Positions 57,983 to 64,000 of a stretch of 64,000 nt of DNA are shown in pieces (positions within the stretch are counted from its first letter, which is position 1; each line of letters opens with the position of its first letter). The notes below the pieces were generated by a model. It was not told the origin of the DNA, searched no databases, and saw nothing but the letters and a program-made list of their open reading frames with translations. The position numbers and the translations under genes were made by a program. This DNA comes from Phycisphaerae bacterium (GTDB taxonomy: Bacteria; Planctomycetota; Phycisphaerae; UBA1845), in contig CAXXGO010000003.1 in the NCBI GenBank assembly GCA_963666835.2, forward strand, positions 416,001 through 480,000, given 5' to 3'.

Positions 57983-59395
57983 TCAAACCAGTACGGAGCA
58001 CGCCTCAGACCGGGCAGCAACCATACAGTTCTTCCCCGCGGCCTTGGCTTCGTAGAGCGCGCGATCCACCGCCCGGATAAGTGACTCGGGGTCCGTCGCC
58101 TCCACTGAGTGCACGCTGGCAATACCTAAGCTCAGACCCGCGTCAACATGCGGCAGGCTCGCGCGGACAGCCTCCGCAAAGCTCTCGACGATCCGCCCGC
58201 CCAGCACTTCGGCCCTTTCCACGTCGGTTTGTGGAAGGAGTACGATGAACTCGTCTCCGCCGAACCGGGCGGGGATATCCGAAGCGCGCAACTGGCTCGT
58301 GATGGTCGCGGCCGTCATCACCAGAAGCTCGTCTCCGACATGGTGCCCGAAGGCGTCGTTTACCGCCTTGAAGTCATCCAGATCAATCATGATGCATGAC
58401 AGATCCACGTCGTAGCGGCGCACTTCGGAGAAACTCCGCGCAATCACTTCATTGAAGTGCCGGCGATTGTAGAGCCCGGTTAGAGGGTCCCTCGCGGCCA
58501 GCTCGCGGAGCTGCCTGGTCCGCCGTGCCACCCGATCTTCCAGGTCCGCGTTCAAACGCACGATTCGTTCGTGGGACTGCTGGTGTTGATCCGCCATTCG
58601 GTTGAACGCGTCTGCAAGCCGCCCGATCTCATCACGGCGGCCCACGGGATTGCGAACGTCCAGGCGTCCCTGGGAAAAACGCTGCATCGCCACCCCGAGA
58701 CCCTCCAACGGCGACACTATCCTGCGGATTAGCAGAAAGCCTAACGGAATCGCGACCGCAGCCGCAAGAATGCTCACCCCGACCAACAGATCCGTCCGGT
58801 TAGCCATCCACTGCCGCCACGCATCAGCGGCCATCCCAGCGCACAAGTAACCGACCAGAACAGTCTCGCCCGCTTCCTCGGCGTCCTTCTGATCGGTTCG
58901 CACATTGATAGGGTATTTGATATCCAGGAAGCCGGAGACCCCACCAATTGCGGCCCGATAGACGGGAGTTCCCGGCACCAGCCCGTCCTCGAGGTGCCGC
59001 AGCCCGGCACCGGCAAGAGCGTCACGGCCGTGGCTCTGCGCCCCGGCCAGACGGACTCCCTGATCATCGAAGAAGGCGATATACGCCAAGGCGTGGCCGT
59101 CGGCGACATCATCCGCCAGAGCTTGGAGTGCCTCGCTATCTCGCTGGGCTACCGAAGTCGCGGTGGTCCGAGAGAGCATCGACGCCAACTGCGTGAGAAC
59201 CTCGTTTTGCTGCGCCCGGGCCAGTTGAGCTGTGGATCGCAGGAAGTAACCCGACACAATTGCGGTGACCCCGAGAACCAGTGCCACGACCAGGACAGTA
59301 GCCTTGGACTGCAGACTCAGCGCAGTATCCAGCAGCCGGTTCCAATACCCGGCTAGCCCCGTTGTTCCCGCACTCTCCATCCGGACGTGGTCCAT
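57983..59395 (-). CDS. Membrane-bound diguanylate cyclase (sensor-HAMP-GGDEF)
   Basis: Two TMs; HAMP (DEIGRLADAFNRM); DPLTGLYNRR, DLDDFKAVND.FGH..GD, RFGGDEF. Confidence 0.95.
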   Translation of the reverse strand: MDHVRMESAGTTGLAGYWNRLLDTALSLQSKATVLVVALVLGVTAIVSGYFLRSTAQLARAQQNEVLTQLASMLSRTTATSVAQRDSEALQALADDVADGHALAYIAFFDDQGVRLAGAQSHGRDALAGAGLRHLEDGLVPGTPVYRAAIGGVSGFLDIKYPINVRTDQKDAEEAGETVLVGYLCAGMAADAWRQWMANRTDLLVGVSILAAAVAIPLGFLLIRRIVSPLEGLGVAMQRFSQGRLDVRNPVGRRDEIGRLADAFNRMADQHQQSHERIVRLNADLEDRVARRTRQLRELAARDPLTGLYNRRHFNEVIARSFSEVRRYDVDLSCIMIDLDDFKAVNDAFGHHVGDELLVMTAATITSQLRASDIPARFGGDEFIVLLPQTDVERAEVLGGRIVESFAEAVRASLPHVDAGLSLGIASVHSVEATDPESLIRAVDRALYEAKAAGKNCMVAARSEACSVLV

Positions 59396-59586
59396 AGCTC
59401 ACCAGCCCGCTCTCAGCCTGAGTTGAAGCGGTCGGCTAGCGCCCTACACACTACCCAGAGTCTTATCGGGGGGGGGCAAGCCGGACTGAAGGGGGAGATC
59501 CACCGACCGGGACGCCGGACGTATCAACGTACAAACATAAACCGACGGTGGACGAAACGATGCCGAACGGCGGACCGGGAGGCCGG

Positions 59587-60585
59587 CTACGCCTCCGCCA
59601 TCTCGCTGCGCTGGCGGGCTCGTTCTCGCAGCGTGTCGAGGGCCTCACGTACCTCATTAGCCATGCGGGCGTTGGGGAAATCCCGCACTAATTCTAGCCC
59701 CGTATTGATGGCATCGTTCCAACGCTTCTCGGTAACCGCAAAGCGAAACTGCACGCCAAGCTGCAACAGTTTCTCTTTGAAAACGTGCCGGGCGGAACTC
59801 TGCAAGGTATGTGCTTCAGCGGGTGAAAGATACTGATCCAACTCCCGGAGGATGTCTATAGCCAAGTCTGTATCGCTTCGACGAACTGCCTCCTGCCAGG
59901 CAGCCTTCATCTCCTCCTTGTGCTTCTCCTTGAGCATCTTCTCGCGATCAACCAATGCCGCCACCTTCGTATTGCCGGGCAGCGCCGCCGCCAGCCGGTC
60001 GATCTCCACGCGGGCGCGAGCCCAATCATGCGCCGCAAAGTGAACCTCGATCATCTTGATCGCCTCGGCGAGCCGAGCTTGGATAGCATCCCCGCGAGCG
60101 TTGTCCAACTCCTCGCGCAGCGCGTCCGCCTCTTCCTTCGCACCGAAGCGGTTTTCCATTGCCTCGATCAAACCAAACGCCGACTCCCATTTCTGGTTTT
60201 CGATGTCCGCGCGAATAGCCGCCCGCAAAGTCTCAAGCTCTTGGTCACGATGAGTTAGTGACTTGGCCGCATCGGAAAAACCGGTGTTCCGTGCAATAAC
60301 CTGCAGATCCGCAGATTGCCGCGCAATCTCGTTCTTTAGCTCACGGAATTCGCTGAGCTGGCGCGCCACGGTTGCCTCCATTTTGACCAACAGAGGCATG
60401 ATCGTCATGAAGACCGCGGCCAGGAGCAAACCGAAACCGCCGGCCACCATCAGCCAGCCGCTCGGCGAAGATTCCACCCCGACAAGCCCCAACGTCACCA
60501 GCGCGCAGCCGCCGACTATTCCAAGCACGCATGCCAGGTTATGAAGCCAGCGAAGTTGCGAAAACCGAATAGGTGGAGTAGCCAT
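59587..60585 (-). CDS. 2-TM protein with cytoplasmic coiled-coil/TPR-like helical domain
   Basis: Two N-terminal TMs followed by helical repeats. Confidence 0.7.
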   Translation of the reverse strand: MATPPIRFSQLRWLHNLACVLGIVGGCALVTLGLVGVESSPSGWLMVAGGFGLLLAAVFMTIMPLLVKMEATVARQLSEFRELKNEIARQSADLQVIARNTGFSDAAKSLTHRDQELETLRAAIRADIENQKWESAFGLIEAMENRFGAKEEADALREELDNARGDAIQARLAEAIKMIEVHFAAHDWARARVEIDRLAAALPGNTKVAALVDREKMLKEKHKEEMKAAWQEAVRRSDTDLAIDILRELDQYLSPAEAHTLQSSARHVFKEKLLQLGVQFRFAVTEKRWNDAINTGLELVRDFPNARMANEVREALDTLRERARQRSEMAEA

Positions 60586-60817
60586 CTCAAGTTCCTCATC
60601 CTGAGAACAAGCGACCATTTCGAGCCGCCAAATGTTGCGTCGCCAATCGACATGCGGCCCTTCCGCAACCCTGAGCGACCGGCCCATCCTTGAGCCACCG
60701 GACCATCCTCTTTAATCCTAGTTCGCTTAGGTGGCCCGTCAACCGCCGACCGCCTCGACAAGAACGTGCGCTGCGAAATCCTCAAATACCAACCGGCCCT
60801 GCAACAGCCTCACGTCT

Positions 60818-61012
60818 TCAATCGCCCTCATTGCCTGTGCAGGCCGTAAGCACCATTCCCTCCGCCCCGCGCGACTGGGCCTTCCGTTCACGCTGTTCAA
60901 CAAGGCGCATTAGCTGCTCACTTCGCTCGATTGTGTTCGCAACCAGAGCGAGAAACACCAACACGCCCCACCCGCACGCGGTCAACCATATTAAAGCACC
61001 CCAGCCAATCAT
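60818..61012 (-). CDS. Small single-TM hypothetical protein
   Basis: GGAG SD; TM followed by a charged helix. Confidence 0.45.
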   Translation of the reverse strand: MIGWGALIWLTACGWGVLVFLALVANTIERSEQLMRLVEQRERKAQSRGAEGMVLTACTGNEGD

Positions 61013-61164
61013 AGACGCGTTGCTCCGAGGACTTCCCCGGATGTATCGGTCTATCATTGCCGCAGCATGGGTTAACCGCTGCCAACACCGCCAATGCACC
61101 GATTCCTGTCACACTGCACTGCCGGGTGCGCGGCGGCGGCCGCAAGGCATGATGCGTAAACAAA

Positions 61165-61198
61165 GCCACGACCGGCTCTTCAGGAAGCCGGTCGTGGC
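61165..61198 (-). terminator. Intrinsic terminator downstream of ilvE
   Basis: GCCACGACCGGC...GCCGGTCGTGGC 12-bp stem followed by TTT on the minus strand. Confidence 0.7.
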
Positions 61199-61245
61199 AT
61201 TATGAGGCACAAACACCCGCGAACGGGTAGCAGCTATCCGTTCCG

Positions 61246-62148
61246 TCAACCGCGGCATTCCGCGCGGTAGTACTCGACGAAGTCCCTGTTGAGCTGCTGG
61301 GTAATCGGCCCGGGCTTGCCGTCCCCCACCGGGCGTGATTCGACCTTCGTAATCGGAATCACCTCGGCGGCTGTTCCAGTCCCGAAGATCTCGTCGGCGA
61401 TATACAGATCGTGGCGAATGAGCGTTTTCTCGACCACGTTGAGACCGCGCTTGCGAGCCAGATCAATCACGAGGTTACGCGTTATCCCCTCCAAAATGCC
61501 CTCGCATGTTGGCGGCGTGAAGACCTCGCCGTGGCGCACCAGAAAGATGTTGTCACCAGTGCATTCACAAATGTGGCCCTCGGTTGTGAGCATGATTGCC
61601 TCATCTGCGCCGGCGTCCTTGGCCTCCGCCTTGGCCATGATGTTGTTCAGATAGTTCAACGACTTGACCCGCGGGCTCGTGGTGTTGGGGTGATTCCGCG
61701 CCAAACTGGAGACAATGCAGTTCAACCCGCGCTCATAGACCTCCTTCGGATAGAGCTGGATCTTGTCGGCAATGATAAACACTGTCGGATTGGCCGTGTG
61801 CCCGATCGACAAGCCCAACAGACCGACTCCTCGCGTGATAACCAGGCGGATGTAACCGTCGCCGGTTATTCCGTTGGCAGCCATGGTATCGTACATGGCT
61901 TTGGTAACCTGCTCGGGCGTCATCGGAACCGCAAGGCGGATTGCCTTGGCCGATTCAAAGAACCGGTCGACGTGCTCCTTCTCCTTGAAGATCTTGCCGT
62001 CGTAAACACGGATCCCCTCAAAACAGCCGTCCCCGTAGAGGACCCCGTGATCGAAAACGCTGATCCTGGCTTCCTGGACAGGTACAATCTCTTCCCCAAC
62101 CCACACCTTCAGGTCCGGTCTCGGCAAATACGGATTCTCTGGCATCAT
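61246..62148 (-). CDS. ilvE: Branched-chain amino acid aminotransferase
   Basis: DHGVLYGDGCFEGIR, KSLNYLNN, ECTGDNIF, LEGITR, GTAAEV. Confidence 0.95.
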   Translation of the reverse strand: MMPENPYLPRPDLKVWVGEEIVPVQEARISVFDHGVLYGDGCFEGIRVYDGKIFKEKEHVDRFFESAKAIRLAVPMTPEQVTKAMYDTMAANGITGDGYIRLVITRGVGLLGLSIGHTANPTVFIIADKIQLYPKEVYERGLNCIVSSLARNHPNTTSPRVKSLNYLNNIMAKAEAKDAGADEAIMLTTEGHICECTGDNIFLVRHGEVFTPPTCEGILEGITRNLVIDLARKRGLNVVEKTLIRHDLYIADEIFGTGTAAEVIPITKVESRPVGDGKPGPITQQLNRDFVEYYRAECRG

Positions 62149-62223
62149 TCAAACCTCACACCTTGCTGGATTCAAAGGGCCACGCGTCCTGGCGCCCACC
62201 GTCCCGTGGCCTTTCCGTCATCT

Positions 62224-62916
62224 CTAATCAAGCACATTGCGAAGCACTCCCGCAGTCAACGTGACGCGCCGGTGCGCCCGTGATGCGACCTTGGGATCAT
62301 GCGTCACCATCACGATCGTCTGACCATCCCGGTTCAACTCGACGAGAAGGTCCAGCAGATCTCCACCAATCTTCTCATCCAGGTTACCGGTTGGCTCATC
62401 CGCAAGCAAGAGCGACGGGCGGTTCAGCAGGGCGCGAGCCACCGCTACCCGCTGCCTTTCTCCACCGGAGAGCTCGCGCGGGCGGTGCCGCACGCGATGT
62501 TGCAGGCCGACCCGTTCGAGCATCTCTTCCGCATCACGTCGCGCCTCACGACGCGCCCCCCACCAAGCCAGACCGGAATGCGTTATCAGACGCGGCAGCA
62601 CCACGTTTTCCAGAACGGACAGCTCGGGTAACAGGTGATAGAACTGAAAAACAAACCCTACCCGCTCATTACGGTAGCGTTCGCGGAACCCATTCGACTG
62701 TTGAAACAAGTCCTGGCCCTCGAACTTCACGGTCCCTCGGTCCGGAATATCCAGCGCCCCGAGGATGTGTAGCAGGGTGCTCTTGCCGGAACCGCTGGCT
62801 CCGACGATTACCAGAAACTCACCTTCCTGGGCCTGCAAAGACGCGCCCCGCAGGACCCGCACCTCGCTCGATCCCATGGTGTACGATTTGTTAATACCCT
62901 GTGCGTGCAGCATCAC
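62224..62916 (-). CDS. lolD: Lipoprotein-releasing ABC transporter ATP-binding protein
   Basis: GASGSGKST, GFVFQFYHLLPE, LSGGERQRVAVARAL, ADEPTGNLD. Confidence 0.9.
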   Translation of the reverse strand: MMLHAQGINKSYTMGSSEVRVLRGASLQAQEGEFLVIVGASGSGKSTLLHILGALDIPDRGTVKFEGQDLFQQSNGFRERYRNERVGFVFQFYHLLPELSVLENVVLPRLITHSGLAWWGARREARRDAEEMLERVGLQHRVRHRPRELSGGERQRVAVARALLNRPSLLLADEPTGNLDEKIGGDLLDLLVELNRDGQTIVMVTHDPKVASRAHRRVTLTAGVLRNVLD

Positions 62917-62919
62917 GGT

Positions 62920-64000
62920 TTACTCGTAACGGAGCGCGTCGACCGGCCAGACCCGGCCGGCCAGAAACGCCGGAACCACGGAACCGATTACGGAAGCGAC
63001 CACCGCCACGGATGCCACCCAAATGGCATCAGCCAGCTTGACGGCTTCCGGGATTCGATCAAAGGAATACACGTCGGGAGTCCAGACTCTCAACTGCGGG
63101 TTGATCCACGCTAGTGCCTCTTGGATGTCGTTGATGTTCCACACGAACAGGCTGCCGACAATCGTGCCCAAGATCGCCCCGGTGATCCCGACCATTCCCG
63201 CATAACCCATAAACAACGCCGCCACCCCGCGTCCGGAAGCGCCCAGAGCCTTCAGGATGCCGATGTCGCGGGTCTTCTTCTCGACGATCATGAAGAAGAT
63301 CAGGCCGACCAGGGCAATCGCCACGAGGCAGATAATCCCGAGGATTATCAGCATCAGGACCTTCTCTTTTTCAACCGCATTGATGAAATGTTTCTGCAGA
63401 TCCTCCCAAGTATAGACCTGCACATAACTCAGCGACTGCTGATCCGTCAGGGTAAGGTCCATGCCCAGCGTACCGAGAAAAGCCGACCACTCATCGCTGA
63501 TCGCCTTCTGGGCTGCATTAAGATCGACCCCCTCGTTAAGCCCGATCAGGATCTGGTTGGCTCGAGGTTTCGAGAAGCTCCCGTCGATCAACGGCTGAGC
63601 ATCCATACCCAGTTTCTGCTGCACCATGGCGAAATCAACGTACACACTCAAGCTGTCGATCTCAAAAATGCCCGTGCGCGAGTCGTCAACGTAACGCAAG
63701 GGGATGCGAACCGGGGGTTCGCCCGTGACGTTCCCGGATTGGCTCAGCGGCATCAACGTCAGTGCCACCTCCGCCCCGCGAGCCAGGTACCTTTCGAAGC
63801 TGCCGTCCGTCTTTCGCCGTTCATACAGAAGATCAGCGCCAACCACGATCCCATAACGCTCGGCGCCGGCGTACCGCGGACCATCGAACCCCACCGAATA
63901 TACGCGCTGCCCGGGAGATGCCGTGACCCGCGGGTACTGCGCAATCTCGTACGGCGCCTCATCATACTGTTCCAGAACGTGCGGATCCTGCTCCGCCGCC
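62920..64000 (-). CDS. lolC: Lipoprotein-releasing ABC transporter permease (LolC/E, FtsX family); 5' end outside the window
   Basis: VEKEK..M, MIVEKKTRDIGILKALGAS, C-terminal PVDALRYE; adjacent to lolD. Confidence 0.85.
   Translation of the reverse strand, partial: AAEQDPHVLEQYDEAPYEIAQYPRVTASPGQRVYSVGFDGPRYAGAERYGIVVGADLLYERRKTDGSFERYLARGAEVALTLMPLSQSGNVTGEPPVRIPLRYVDDSRTGIFEIDSLSVYVDFAMVQQKLGMDAQPLIDGSFSKPRANQILIGLNEGVDLNAAQKAISDEWSAFLGTLGMDLTLTDQQSLSYVQVYTWEDLQKHFINAVEKEKVLMLIILGIICLVAIALVGLIFFMIVEKKTRDIGILKALGASGRGVAALFMGYAGMVGITGAILGTIVGSLFVWNINDIQEALAWINPQLRVWTPDVYSFDRIPEAVKLADAIWVASVAVVASVIGSVVPAFLAGRVWPVDALRYE

Overview
GC-rich bacterial DNA, most likely from a planctomycete of class Phycisphaerae. 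This is inferred from the IPTL-CTERM protein, the FGE-domain secreted proteins, the 'CGYNLTGNxSGVCPECG' zinc-ribbon membrane proteins and the zf-HC2 kinase. The left half (1 to ~32 kb) looks like an accessory island that ends at a tRNA-Pro(GGG) 3'-half att site (31915-31956). It contains large modular secreted proteins, three of them FGE/C-type-lectin-fold paralogues that share a homologous 120-nt 5' leader. It also holds a translationally coupled array of variable membrane proteins with a constant C-terminal zinc ribbon, and a small mobile module (ArdC/metallopeptidase, solo clamp-loader ATPase, serine recombinase). The right half is mostly housekeeping: xseAB, GT39, a dipeptidase, a BtuFCD/FecBCDE-type transporter, a diguanylate cyclase, ilvE and lolD/lolCE. 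It also carries the most striking feature, a minus-strand cluster at 48.2-57.8 kb that resembles an archaeal/eukaryotic-type ESCRT module in a bacterium. That cluster encodes an MIT-domain Vps4/CdvC-like AAA ATPase and three Snf7/CHMP-like ESCRT-III candidates, one with a MIM1-like tail and one fused behind a winged helix as in CHMP7 with an internal start. It also encodes PspC, an SPFH/beta-propeller protein and a Ser/Thr kinase, and a DUF433/PIN toxin-antitoxin pair is inserted in it. All calls come from reading motifs by eye; no database searches were run.
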